From Phoronis australis (taxonomy: Eukaryota > Animalia > Phoronida): a stretch of 64,000 nt of DNA. Below are positions 1 to 12,779 of the stretch, piece after piece. Made by a program: the position numbers and the translations under genes. Position 1 is the first letter of the stretch. The number at the start of each line of letters is the position of its first letter. The DNA lies in the NCBI GenBank assembly GCA_002633005.1, contig NMRA01000903.1, positions 40,094 through 104,093 on the forward strand, given 5' to 3'. The notes below the pieces were generated by a model. That model had not been told where the DNA came from. It did not search any database and saw nothing but the letters and a program-made list of their open reading frames with translations.

Positions 1-1134
1 ATGTTTTATACATATAGCGTTTGATGACGCCTTACGATGCCTTCTATAGTCATTTTGCAGAACCTAATGGTTAGTACTGTGAAAGGATTTCTGTCCTGTC
101 AGGGCTTCCAACCTGAGATTCATTGCTGTCCATGCACTAAGCTATTATGACCAATCGTCAGTAGAAGATATATTTCAATAAATACATTAACATTGTCAGC
201 ACTGAACAATAATGATATATTTTTATTAAAAATTGGATAACTCATAATTTAAATGTGTACACAATGGTTATGTTGCACTTACAGTTATCGTCCAGGTCAT
301 CGCATGCTAGGTCCTCAGAAACATCAATCAATAGCCTGTAATATAGAGAGTCAAAACTGTTCGAGTGTTTCTCTTTTAAAGCATTGGTCAGTCTGTATTT
401 ATTGGATTTCACCACATATCGCCTAACCACGATTAAGTTATGGTAAAAAAACAATCCATGTACCGCATGGTCTCTATATTTAGAACTCAGAAAACAGATT
501 TAGGAAATTCTATCCAGAACACACACCTATGACTTGATGTCACAAATTTCATGGATTGTCTATGCTACTGATAAAAACTCCTCAAAATCCCAACGTTGCC
601 TTTGAAAATAAACTTTTAAATTATACAGCAATCAACTTCAAAAAAGAAAAAATGTCTAATTCGGTGCAAAGACATGTATGTGCAAATGCAATCAGTGAAT
701 TCAACTCTGCCCAAACTATATTCAAATAAGTTGGGAATACCAATGTGTCACGTTAAAAACACAAATATGACAAGATTAGTTGCAGGATTACCTATAAAAC
801 CATACCTAATAGGTGGTATTTAGTCAAAAGTGTCGCCAAAACTGCTGCCCATCTCCTTTTTGATGTATTTACTTTTAGTTACATCTTTGCAAATCACAAA
901 TATATACAGTGCATGTAAACAGAGTATGCAAAATTCAGTCATGCTTGGAAGAGAAACCTGTGCACACCATTCATGACCATACCTGACATGTAGAAAAATC
1001 CATTTTATTGGAATATACCATGCAAAATATATGGGCAAAATATTTCACAATTCAATCATCAGTTAGAACACTAAATAGTTTGTTGTCAAGATAATTCATG
1101 AGCACTGACTAGTTCTCTCAAATTTTAAAGATAA

Positions 1135-1351
1135 GGGGCCTGTTCTAACAGAACTGACTTAGCTAAGGCAATTTTCAACTTTTAGTAAATTTTAAAATAA
1201 AGTTAAATTTGTCTTAAAACCAATTCAAGAAAGTGTTTGACATAAGTTTTGTCTTAACTTACCAAAATTGGAAGTTTCAAAGTTTGGAAGTTAAAGACAA
1301 ATCTTAGACTTAAGTCAGAAATGATCTTGTCAATTTCTTGGAACAGACTCC
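1135..1351. mobile_element. MITE with GGGGCC-type ends (PIF/Harbinger-like), copy 1
   Basis: Ends ggggcctgttctaacagaactgac and gtcaatttcttggaacagactcc are imperfect inverted repeats. The internal sequence matches 3131-3378. Confidence 0.7.
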
Positions 1352-1545
1352 AGTACTTTCACATCACCTTTGTAATGAATGGCCTGGATACAAACATCAA
1401 GGCTTCGTCGTCACAGACAGAATCAATTGCATCGATTCCAGAAAGCTCAAGCCCACTGAAAATTTACCATTGCCATAATCACATTCAGGTGATAAAGAAA
1501 GTTACCACGAGTTCAACACTTGTCAGCAACTAATCGAGGGTGCCA

Positions 1546-1964
1546 GGCAGTCATACGTACAGACTTTGAGTCATACGCACAAAACACTGCATCATTTGGA
1601 AGAACGCTTCATTTATACATACGAACCACAACATGATGTGTACAAACAGAAAGTCATGCACACAAAATAACTAATCAGATATACAAATAACATGTAAGAA
1701 CATAGTTCTTCTACAGATACATTTTATGTTGCCATTTTGCTTAGTGCTAGACTCCTTGGGAAAACGAATGATGACCACCATCACTAGAAAATGTTTACGT
1801 AATTATGTGATACTACTTCATACCCCTGTTTTTTGTTTTATCTGTTTTTTTTAAGTTGGTTTACATGCATGAATTTTTGTTCACACATTTGATATGGTTT
1901 GTATCTACGACTCAAGTGAATAATGGTTCGTACATATGAATCGAAGTTTGCATGTTTGATTGCC
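1546..1964. mobile_element. Old fold-back MITE
   Basis: ggcagtcatacgtacagactttgagtcata is an imperfect reverse complement of tatgaatcgaagtttgcatgtttgattgcc, with further internal inverted similarity. No clear TSD. Confidence 0.5.
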
Positions 1965-2072
1965 TTGTTCTCGTTAAACAGGGATATTTCAATTGGTGCA
2001 GTTTAGAAGCTCATAATTGTGAGAGACATGGTCAAATAAGCCTACGGTTTTTACATTTTCACTTTTGACATC

Positions 2073-2642
2073 CCAAGGCTTAATGAGTGCAAGCTCAGTA
2101 ATATTTCTAACAATGGAAAGCTGGAATGATTTGATTTAAATTAGTAACCCTCACAAAAAACTGACTTGGAGTTTTCAACAAATGCAATTTTCCAGGTCAT
2201 GTATTGTCGTAGACACGAATACTAGTAGGTGAAGATGTACACAATATGCTTTCACTGAAAAAATAATTTCTAGAATACCTTTGAACAAACTGGGGAGTTG
2301 CAGGTGTTGCTGATACGGCTTTAGGTTCTGACTCTGTGGACACTTGTCTAGACATTGTTGAAAATCTTTCACTTTGTGCCACTTCATACCTACAGTGCAA
2401 AAATGAAATTACAATAACCTAGTTATTAACTACAGGTACAGATGTCAAAGCATACAGGTGGTACAATTCGCCACCATAATAACAACCAAACTACATGAAT
2501 AACCATCACAAAAACGCGAGTGCAATTCATTACTAAATTTCTTGTTGCGAATTGGAATTTGTTACCAAAAATTATCCTCAGTTAATGTATTTTTGAATTT
2601 TGAAAATTGATCAACGAACGTTTGTGCTTTTGCTTTGTTAAC
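2073..2642 (-). repeat. ~560-bp high-identity segment duplicated in inverted orientation at about 22902-23456
   Basis: Direct reverse-complement match. The ORF track gives near-identical peptides at 2175-2387 - and 23158-23349 +. Confidence 0.92.
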
Positions 2643-3130
2643 NTTGAGGTCAACACAGGTTTCTGCAAAAACAATGTTTACAAACAGCAATAGCAAAACT
2701 TCAGTAAAATAAGGTCGAATCATTAAATGCTGAAAATGTGCATAGCACTGCCAGATATTCGCACTTTTATTCTTAAAAATTGATCAAAATCCGTAGACAT
2801 ATTTAGCTGTGAGGTGCATCCACAACACACTCGGTTGAAGCACGGAATCATGGTTAGTAACAACAAAAACCCATAAATAGCCTTACTTCGATGCCAAAAC
2901 TGCACTGGGATATTCACAAAACGAGTAAAAATAAATGAAATGAATGAAATACTGTTGATACCTACCAACTTAGCAGTACCTTAGACTAAAACCACACTAG
3001 AGTGTCAACCGGATACATAACAGGCATCTAAAACAATACGAAACAAACACATTAAGACCACATAGAACATGTCCATGTCAGCAATAAATGAAAGAAAGGG
3101 TTTTTTCTTGCAGTCTCATTAGTAAAGATT

Positions 3131-3378
3131 TGGGGCCCATTCCAACAAAACTGACTTAGCTAAGACAAATCTTAAAGTTAAGTAAATTTTGAAATAAAAG
3201 TTATTTTTTTCTCAAAACCAATTCAGGAAAGAGATCTTGAGTTTGACTTAAGAGTTTGACAAGTTTTGTCTTAATTTTGACAAACTTACCGAATGTTGAA
3301 GTATCAAAGTTTGGAAGTAAAGACAAATCTTAAACTTAAGTTAAAAGTGAACTTAAGTCAGTTTCTTGGAACAGGCCC
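3131..3378. mobile_element. MITE with GGGCC-type ends (PIF/Harbinger-like), copy 2
   Basis: Ends ggggcccattccaacaaaactgactta and taagtcagtttcttggaacaggccc. Possible 3-bp TSD ttg. Matches 1135-1351. Confidence 0.72.
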
Positions 3379-3685
3379 TTGATGTAGTTAAGCCTATTTG
3401 AGCACCAATGAAACAGCAAACGTAACCTTGACCTTTTAAATTAAGGGGCACATGCCCCATGCTATGTGATTTTGTAGTTGTCTTCTCATGAATTTCTGAT
3501 AATTATTCTGGAACCTTTGAAATTTTCCAAGTTGGTGGGGATAATTTCAGAAAAACATGGTAATAGGTCAATAGATCTACAGGGTCACGTGATGTGTTTG
3601 AGCGCGAAAAGCTAAATTCGAATTGCTCGTCGAATTTTCTGCATATACCTCATTTTCCTCAATATCTTGACTAACTCATCTAACT

Positions 3686-4339
3686 ATGACTTCAACAACG
3701 AGAAGTAAAACACGCCTGCAAAGCTACACAGATGGGGAAGAAGACGAATGTCTTGTTGAAGCGCTTCTGAGGGCGTTCTCAAATGACAAGATTCAACACG
3801 CCCTGTACTCCAAATTTATTGAACCACATATTACAACCATCACGGCGAAATACGAGGATATGATACGTAGCAAAGACAGTGAGATTGTATCATTGAAAGC
3901 TGAAGTGGGTCAACTCAAATTTAACCTGGATTTACAAGAACAATACAGCAGAAGAGAATGTGTCATTATAAGTGGAATCAAAGAAGACGACAACGAGGAC
4001 GTTACTAGCAAGGTTATTAATATTGGCAAGAAGATAAACATCAACCTAACACGCAAAGACATAATCAGAGCCCACGGACTAGGTAAACCATCAGCAAATA
4101 AAACCAGAAACCTTATCTGCAAATTCATTTCTTATACCGATCGTCTAACCTTTATTAAAAAACGCAAACTTCTGGCCGGTGACAAGATCTTCATCAGTGA
4201 AAGTCTAACTAAGCGACGATCAGCCTTGTTCTACAAATGCCGCCAAATGTGTAACGATAGAAACATCCCTTGCGAGAAAACTTGGACAACTGATGATGCA
4301 ATATTCCTGAAAATGAACGACAAGCGAATAGTGCACTGA
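3686..4339 (+). CDS. LINE ORF1p-like protein (Tnp22/L1-ORF1 type: coiled coil, RRM, CTD), intact 217 aa, no ORF2 visible downstream
   Basis: A heptad coiled coil is followed by EQYSRRECVIISGI, IIRAHGLG, NLICKF, IFISESLTKRR and KTWT, the typical invertebrate LINE ORF1 motifs. Confidence 0.85.
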   Translation: MTSTTRSKTRLQSYTDGEEDECLVEALLRAFSNDKIQHALYSKFIEPHITTITAKYEDMIRSKDSEIVSLKAEVGQLKFNLDLQEQYSRRECVIISGIKEDDNEDVTSKVINIGKKININLTRKDIIRAHGLGKPSANKTRNLICKFISYTDRLTFIKKRKLLAGDKIFISESLTKRRSALFYKCRQMCNDRNIPCEKTWTTDDAIFLKMNDKRIVH

Positions 4340-5464
4340 TGATTACTGGGCACCTGTGGTGCGCTTGGTCAACAGTCTGGAAACCTTACACGAACGATAT
4401 ACCGACATCCCGATTGTGTTTCCAACTTTCATTACCTATTGCCTCAGCACGCACAGTGTTGAAACTATTTCGGGCAAACTGACTGCAGGACACCTATGGC
4501 GACCTGGGTCACAAGCTAGATTCGATTCATTCAGGACTGTCTCATGTAACACTAAGTTCAGTCACAAGACTAACTTGTGTACACCCAGCACGGGGTATAG
4601 TGTCAAACTGAATCCCGGTATCTGTGCATGGAGATACACCCTCACCGCATCTCTATTATACATGTAGACCACCTGGGGTCGCTACCGTCGACTGCCTCAT
4701 AAATTGTCAATGTCGGTGACTGAAACGAGCACGTTATCACTGTTCACTGACACTGACAGTGACACTTTGTGATATTTAGCAGTGGTTGCTTGATTCTCAA
4801 AATTAAGGATAGTCGTATCCGACAAGTGCCCAAAAATACTCACCTATGTATGAATACAGTCCGAACGATATGGGTACTACCTCAAGTACAGCAAGCCAGA
4901 TATGACAACCAGGAATAACTGCGAAATTACTTAAGTACCGACTTTCGGCTTCGCGAAAATAAACCGTTTGCGCATGCCCAGAATGACGTAACCATCTGCA
5001 CTGACATATCACCCACCACCGCAAATTTTTCCACTTAAAATTATAATGTCCCGCACAATATAATAGGGACGTGCGATGCTCCGATTACTGGTGCACAAGG
5101 GATTTCTAAAAATGCACTAAACCATTTTAATATCCCGAAGGATTCTCGACAATTTTTGGAAGGGATTGCAGCTGGAAACTTAGTCCTATACCGGGGTGAA
5201 AAATGAGAATCCCGCTAGCCTGCATGTATTCAGTTGACTCCCAGCATATTTGCGCGGCAGTGGATTATCGGATGCTCCATTTAAATTATATATGCAAGAC
5301 GGGCATTTTCTCATATTCTACATGGGGACAATGGTTACTTTCACACGGGTACGCCCATTGCTGGGCGATTTCGTGTTGCTATGAGTCATGTTTTCACCGA
5401 GATAGTTTTGTTCCTGCAAGCCACTCAGAGTTCCGTTTTGGAGATTATGGTGTTGGAAATGACA

Positions 5465-5615
5465 CATGAACGGCGAAGCACTGAAAAAGTGGAGACGCTA
5501 AAGCCCCCTCAACTTAACCCTCTGTAGTGCACCGCCTATAGACCATGTGTGACGTAGCACTGAAAAAAGTTGGGGGCTATAGTCCCCTCCATTCCCCTAT
5601 GGTGTGCCGCCCATG
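5465..5615. mobile_element. CATGGGCGGCG-type MITE with 5-bp TSD (hAT5-like)
   Basis: tgaca|catgaacggcg ... tgccgcccatg|tgaca. Related to 41524-41671. Confidence 0.72.
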
Positions 5616-8600
5616 TGACACCCTTGGAGTTTCTCAGTGTGGAAAAGTCACCCTGGAACGGCACATTCCATGAAATTCTCCTCTCTAGGTTCTTTTCAAA
5701 TAGCACTATCTTTTTTAAGTCTTAATGAGTTGCGAATCTTAAGTATAATCACCGGAACTAATTTGTTTATGATTAAAATTATTGCATCGGCCAGCAAACT
5801 GATACACCAGGAGTAATGAGTCTACACCCAAACTGTAAACGAGTTAACTGCGTAATTAGGTATTGTTCATTTAGGGTGCCAAAAAGGCGACTTTTTTATT
5901 TTATTCAAGTGAAGCGAAAATTTGAATAAAAAATATTTGATTTGCTAAAAACATTTTATTTTGTATTTTGTTGCCACATTAAAAAAATATGTATGTCACG
6001 GTTGCATTAAATTGCGTCGTTTGAAATATGTGACTTCAGCAGTTTCGGTTGACAATTTTATATAACACCATTAATTGTGTGAGACTATAAAAGCACAAAT
6101 TGCGCAATAAATAAGTTGTACATATCAAGAATTTAGAGATGATTTCGGTAAAAAAGCGAGCGTCACGTCCTTGGCTTTGAGTGAGACTGAAGACAGGTCC
6201 AAAGAAGAAAGGCAATGGCACAGTGTAGGTGTGGTAATGAAAGAGGGTCAACAAGGAGTGTTGATGGGAACAACAAATCTTGGAGTGAAGAAAAACGAGG
6301 TTTTTTTTGGTGACAAATATAAATGCAAAAGAAACGGCATTCTTCACAGACTCAACGTCTGAGGTAAGTGTCTTCAAATTCTGAAGTGTAAATTATACAT
6401 TTTTTTTAAGTTCGAAATTTTATAATTGCATTTTGTTGTAATTTTGTAAAAATGATTTTAAAACACAAAGACTACAAGTTCATTAGCCGCTTTTCGCCGT
6501 GTTTGAATTGATCGTGATTTTTATTAATTACTCCAGATATTCGACGCCATGCTGTTTCTTGTGACCTAACATATCTTCGATGAATATACAGTAACAACCC
6601 GTCGAACGGGGAAATCCGGGACATCCGATCTTTACCCATAAAAAGACGCCTGTCGGTGCAAGGATGCGTTAGTGCTGTAAGTCCATTTGTACACGTATTG
6701 GTTATTCGTACAATAGTGCTGATTGGCAAACCGACTAAAACATGACAGATTTGCATACGTTTATTATGCAAGTCTACCTGGGACTGTTGATTACGTCAGT
6801 TTCGTTTACACAACTCTGACAAATTAATATTTTACTGAAATCTTTTTGAACGCATTTCCAATATGCTAAATTATACCATGACACTTGTTGTTGCATTGGT
6901 TAAGCGAAGAACTTAGGATCTTAGGTGTCTGGGTTACGCCGTTACGGAGATTGTAGAATTGCCAGTCGACATACAAAGGCACAAACAAGTATTTCTGCGT
7001 TTTTTCTACAATGTTTTAGTACTCCAATAATGCAAAAATTGCAACATGCCGCATATGAGCTCTGCAACTATTTGCACTGATTCGGATCCCTCTGTCATAC
7101 CAATGAGCTATACCAGGTATAGCTCATTGGTCATACGCATTCGCCTGTACCAACGTTTTTACAAGATGTTTCTATTCATCAGTCCCGAATATACAGTAGG
7201 CTCATGCGCCAAAGCTACGAAATCAGACGAACAGTAAAACTTCTAATAAACGTCGAGGCGTCTATTTTTTCACACGTGCTCCAGACCTGTCGGTTATTAG
7301 GGGGGAGGTGTTTATTGGGGGAAAGTGTTTATTTTCAGGCCAACGGAAGTCCAACGCATGGCACAGGTATCTTACGATCCCGAACAAAACATTCGTTCTT
7401 ATAAATCGTGTTATTACGTGATTTTCAAGCATGGTTTTACGTCATTAGTATCCTGAAATGTCGTACACATATTTTCCGCATAAGTTTTGGTATTCAGATG
7501 GGCTATTTATTAGAAAGGAGTGTTTATCACGGATCTGTGCATCTAGTCCCCCGGCGTTTGTTAGAGGGTGACGTTTGTTCGAAGTTTCACGGAAACGCCA
7601 CAATTGGCCGTGTGTTCACCTGCTTATTTTCTACAGATTGACGACACTCTACAGACTAAAGGGGGGGGGGGGAAAGAAGGCTGACATTGACCAATCCGGA
7701 GGATCAACAAACGGTGGTCTTAGTCCTGTGGGGCGACAAGACACAACTTGCAAACGAGTTTAATTTGCACGACAAGGTGTCGGTCAGTTGTGTCGACGTC
7801 ACAACATTCAACATGGAAAAACAATTGCAATTCACCGGAGATACAAAAGTCACGGTACAAAACTAATTGTTCGATAAATTGAAAAATAAAAATGCACTAT
7901 CAGAACTTGCAGTTCAACTAGACCGTATGTAATACTGTTTTAATTGTCTGTACCTATGACATTTCTTGTGCATTCCTTAACCAGATTCTGGTTCTCAGGT
8001 TCATGCATGTATTACAATCATTAGATTTCGACGTTAAGATATACATTTAATCCTTAATGAATAGCATTCTTGTAACAGTTGTACGAGTGATAAATCGAAT
8101 AAACCGTGCACGAATTGTTTTGTATGTCGGATTCATGTATACCGAACCTTTTGAATTATGATTGTAGGTTGATATCTCAGAAGTAAAATTAATTATAACA
8201 ATAAGTGGCACTGGGCGAGGAGGGTCACGGTAATTATTGTTCATCCTTAACGTTTTCTTTTTTAAAATGATATCACTAAGTTTAACTTATTCATGCTTTA
8301 TAAAAACATTGAATTTATTCGAATACTGATGACTTAGTAATAATGTGTTGACAGTCGTATATAATTGCTTTTCTAAATATCCTATCTTACTTCTTCAACT
8401 TCTTCTGAGAATTTAAAAAATAACGAAATTAATTAGTTTAAATACTAGCATGAAGTTGACTGTTATTCAAGATAACTGTTGGAAAATCATTAAATCGTTT
8501 ATTGCTACTCCATGACGGATGGTTTTTAAAAAAATAATCAATGTTTCAGGTTGGTGAGGGAAAGGTAATTGTATAACACATTAATAGCATCACAAATTTC

Positions 8601-9499
8601 CTGTGTTGCACTTTACTGAAATAACTGAGTTACCAGGTAAAACAGCTAACTGTCGTCTGTTTTTATTACAGCAAAGTCCTAACAACAGACCATCGCTGTT
8701 TTTCGTGACACTGCCATAGATATGAATGTGTTGAAAAAGAAAATCGAACAGAAGTTAGAGTGCGTAACTATTCGGGACCGGCTAATGCGGTACAATGAAG
8801 TACAAGAGTAGTATAAGTTTTAGTATAAGCTAGAATATAAGTCGTCCATTGTAAAGTATTAAATGAGATTCAATAATTAGATATATCAAAATGTACTCAC
8901 TGTGAAGTTTTGTTTTATAACACCCCTAGTACTATAACACAACTTCAATGACGTAGTCATTTCTTGTCATTGCATGTCAAGCAAACACTTCGAAGTTCAA
9001 AAAAATCTAATCACGCCAAATGATATGGAGAAATCAATCTTGTACTCAAAGACTTGCTCTATAAATGGTTTTGACATTACACGATAGATCGCGGTATCAT
9101 CCACAATACTTATTCTTATTCCGACCATCTCTTCCCTTGTAAGGGCTCATAATGCACCAGCAATGGTCAACTACACTGTAGTGCAAAGGTCATGAAAATT
9201 ATCAGCATGTAATTTTTTTGCAGTTTTAAAGAATTTTATTTCATATTGGAAACCCGGTTGTTGTCAATAACTTTACATAACAATTCCAGCAAAACGCACG
9301 CGCAGACTCCTTGGTCCTCCCTGGGTGCGCAAAAAGTCCGAGAAAACGCGACAAAAGTCCACTAAAAGGCGCAGACGCACATTTCACAGTCCTGCAGGTG
9401 GTGCCCCTTTTTTACTCCTCCCGCTTTTTTGTCAGGAAAAGGTCCACTTCGACAGAAATTTGAGCCACCCCATATTAAAGGCTGAGTGCGCGCATGCGA

Positions 9500-9925
9500 G
9501 AGTAAACTCGTCAACAAATTCATTAGTGCTTCATACCGCCTTGCGGAACACTGCAATTACTGAGCTTTGCACGACGAGATGATAAGAGGTCGAGTCGTAC
9601 AAGGCTTACATTTACATGACGAAAGGTTGTCAGAGCGCCTACAACTAGACCCTAACTTAATTGTGGAAAAAGCCGTAAAATTATTCAGAGAAACAACAAT
9701 CAGTTATCCGAAATCAAGAAACGAAAAAAAAACAGATCGTCGACGTTCCACACAAGAAAAACAAAAGGCTCAAAAAACCACCGCCTGTCAAACCTGGTCT
9801 GGCCCCCAAACCAAAAAATAAAGGTTGCTCACGATGGGATCAGGCAAGAAACCCCATAGATCGATGACAAATGTCTTTAAATGCAATGGAAAGGGACAAT
9901 TCGGACAGCATTGTCGCACGGTGTC
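9500..9925 (+). pseudogene. Ty3/Gypsy gag fragment
   Basis: DEMIRGRVVQGL..DERLSERLQLDPNLIVEKAV resembles the Gypsy gag motif IRDRIVVG...LSEKLQLD..LTLEKA. A degenerate zinc knuckle (FKCNGKGQFGQHCR) lies near 9875-9920. Confidence 0.75.
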
Positions 9926-10135
9926 AGAATAAATATTGATTACGTAATTAGTATATAGTTCAATTTAAGTTGCCCAAATTTTGTGCATGTGTACTTTTCA
10001 GACCATGGGATCAAACTTGTTTAAGTGTATCATGATGCCGACATCTGTTTTTACATGATGTTTACCAATGAACTCGAAAGATGCTAGAAATTTCTGAGAG
10101 CATGTTGTTTTTATTAGCCAATCGTTAGCCGGCCA

Positions 10136-11006
10136 CGAGGGCCCTTCAATAAGTTCTCCGCCTCACCCAGAAAACAACGCGATAGCAACTAATTTTGGCT
10201 TTTATTTTTCTTCCATCTGTGCTCCAGTTTTGCAATGCCTTCGTAAAAGAAACGTTTGTCGAGCCCCTCAAAATACTTCTCCACTGCATCCATGACGTCA
10301 TCATCGCGCACATACTGGCGTCCACACAGGTACAGTGTAGGCCTTCAAATGCGGAAAAAATAAAAATCAGACGGGGCCTGGTCTGAAGAATAGGCGGGGT
10401 GAGGAAGGATTTCAAAGTAATATCTAATTACTTCAGCTACCGCAACTTGGGCAGTATGGACAGGAGCGTTGTCTTGCAGCAACAGCACTCAATCCTAAAA
10501 CTTCCCTCGTCTCTTTTCCTTGATTGCTTTTTTAAATTTTTCCAAAAGTGATGCATAATAATTTTCAGTACCAGTGTTCCTCGTTGCAAGTATTTGATCA
10601 TCATAATACCTTCCCTGTCCCAGAACACAGAGGCCAAAACTTTGCTCGCAGAAGCACCCAACTTGAATTTTCTCGGGCTTGGGAAACTCACGTGCTTCTA
10701 TAGTTTACTTTGTTGTTTTGATTCCGGGTCAAAGTAGTGGACCCATGTCTCATCCTGGGTTACAAATCTCCTGGAAAATTTGGCCGGATCTGCTAGGAAT
10801 CTTCCTAGAAGTTCCTTTCAAATTGCCATTCTGCTCATTTTCTGATCATTGGTTAACATTATTGGCACCCATCGTGCACTCAGCTTACTCATGCCCAAAA
10901 CTCCTCTTAAAGTTTTAGAGACGGACCCATTGCTCATGCAAACAGTGTTTGCCAAATGTTGAACAGTCATTCGCCTGTCTTTCATAACCATTGCATGAAT
11001 TGTCAC
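10136..11006 (-). mobile_element. Mariner (Tc1/mariner) transposase pseudogene with 3' TIR, 5'-truncated
   Basis: Frameshifted motifs KLSARWVP, DETW, KVLASVFWD, QDNAP, HPAYSSDQAPSDF and KLEHRW. The terminus cgagggcccttcaataagtt is typical of mariner TIRs. Confidence 0.9.
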
Positions 11007-11009
11007 TGG

Positions 11010-11330
11010 AGGTCCTGGGTGATTCGTTAACCCTAAAAGTCCGAACGCAAAACGGCATCTTGTGACGCAACAGACTGATCCGACTGAGAAATCGACCGAC
11101 CTGTCAGCTTATCAGGGCAGTGACGTGGTGCCAAACGAAACAAGAACGTCTTCAACGCACGACGCATGTTATGAAAAGTGGACGCGTTGCGAAGCCAGCA
11201 ATGAGACAGGACTTGTGGAGATTTAGTTTTAAGTTACCTCTATACATGTACATATGACTCTAGTCATCTTATTCTAGTTCTAGGTATTTTTTGAGGGTCA
11301 CGTATACTTGAAAGGGGGATGTTGCATTAG
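11010..11330 (+). mobile_element. Probable Gypsy 3' end: integrase tail, polypurine tract and LTR start
   Basis: SGRVAKPAMRQDL resembles the TRSGR..KPP.R integrase tail. gaaaggggga followed by tgttg near 11310-11325 fits PPT plus TG. Same strand as the gag relic at 9500. Confidence 0.45.
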
Positions 11331-11845
11331 TGTAAGTCATCTTACAATTGTCGGGACACACACATATATTTAAGGTCTGGACTGGCCATTACAGAATCGA
11401 ATAAACGTGTACATGTAGACTAAGCTATCGTGTATTGCACAAAAGCGTACAGCCACAATAACACTGGCCTGAATAACTTGGAGTGGTTGCCATGGTGAAC
11501 ATGTTTCTTGAAGATGATGGTGATCTAGTTGTGACGTTTGATGCGGGTTGCTAGGGATAGACTGAGCATGTCTTCTTTTCATGTTAGGAGAATTGATTAA
11601 CATATTTAATGACTGGTGAACATTTCATCTTGTGTAGATGGTGGTCATCCGATGAGTCTTTCTTTGGGTGTCAGAGTACAGGTAAACACAATTGTATTAA
11701 ATGAGAATGCCACCAGATTTATTTCGTTTTTAATCTGTAAGGAAGGTGAGTACACTGCACACGTCATTGGTTCTTCAACTGATTGTGTACCGCTATGGTG
11801 TGGCGTATCGTTCCCGCTTGGGCTAACCATGGAGTTGTTTAGCTG

Positions 11846-12390
11846 CAGCACACATCACGAATTTTTGTCCGACCGGTCAGAAATTGGTCGACGACCGGTC
11901 GACGACCGGCCGTCTAGCCGACCAGCAGCCGACCAACAATGGTCTGCTAGGAGCCGTCGGCTGAGTCGCCTCTGCGGTCGGCACTTGGGTCGGCAAAGTG
12001 GTCACCTAGAATAAAAGACCAATTCGTATTATGGGTGTTCTCGGTCCGCAATTACCATTTTATGACTTAGCGTGTGAGCTTTGACCAAAAAAACATTTAA
12101 CTCTTTGCTGTTCGTTCACCAGTGGCCTCTCCGGTCTTGACATCGGTTTATCAACTTTTTTGTTCACCTATTGAAAGGTGGTAAAATCGAATCAACCTAC
12201 AAATACAAAATGCGTGAAATTGCACCAACGTAAACTTTATGTTGAATTGCTGACGGCGTGGTAAAATTAAAAGTTTAATGATGTAGTGGAAACATAATTT
12301 TGCACTCTAGATGTGAAACTTTTAATATAATATACATAAAAAGTAGTAACAACCAGGGAATTTGAAATGTGTCAGTAAATTTGCATACAG
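11846..12390 (+). mobile_element. Left arm of a long-TIR DNA transposon family (CAGCACACATCACGAATTTTTGTCCG...)
   Basis: Matches about 27333-27860 over roughly 500 bp. The terminus is the reverse complement of the end at 28874. Confidence 0.8.
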
Positions 12391-12779
12391 TTCCAGGGCC
12401 GTAGGAAGCGGAGGGAGGGGGGAAGCGAGAGGGCACAGGCCCCCGCAAAAATTTTCAGGCGTCTGGGTTAAACTGTGGCAACCCACATAGGTGTGGTGCC
12501 AGGGACAGTCGAGAAAATAAAGACTGCGAAAAACGGATAAAAGAGAAAATTCAAGAGAATATTTAACAAATGTGCATCAGTGAATGGTTTACATTTTGAG
12601 AACCCTGGCCAGGACACTGTCGTTAGGGTCTTTTTTTTTCACAATTAATACATTTATTACAAAAGACAGATGCATATACAAATATACACAACACAAAACA
12701 ACAACGTACAGAACTGTGCAAAAATAACGAGAAAGCATTTCATTGTTACTTCGAAGTTAAAAAGTACTACTTAAATTTC

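Larger units (their letters stand above)
283..2389 (-). pseudogene. Candidate exons of a spliced, probably transposon-derived gene (2389-2279, 1455-1368, 335-283); functional status unknown
   Basis: Each block is bounded by AG/GT (tgtag|g...ag|gtattc; ttttcag|t...aag|gtgatg; ttacag|g...t|gtaagt). The first two join in phase to give YEVAQSERFSTMSRQVSTESEPKAVSATPATPQFVQSGLELSGIDAIDSVCDDEALMFVSRPFITK. A paralogous exon starts at 23156 on the + strand. Confidence 0.45.
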
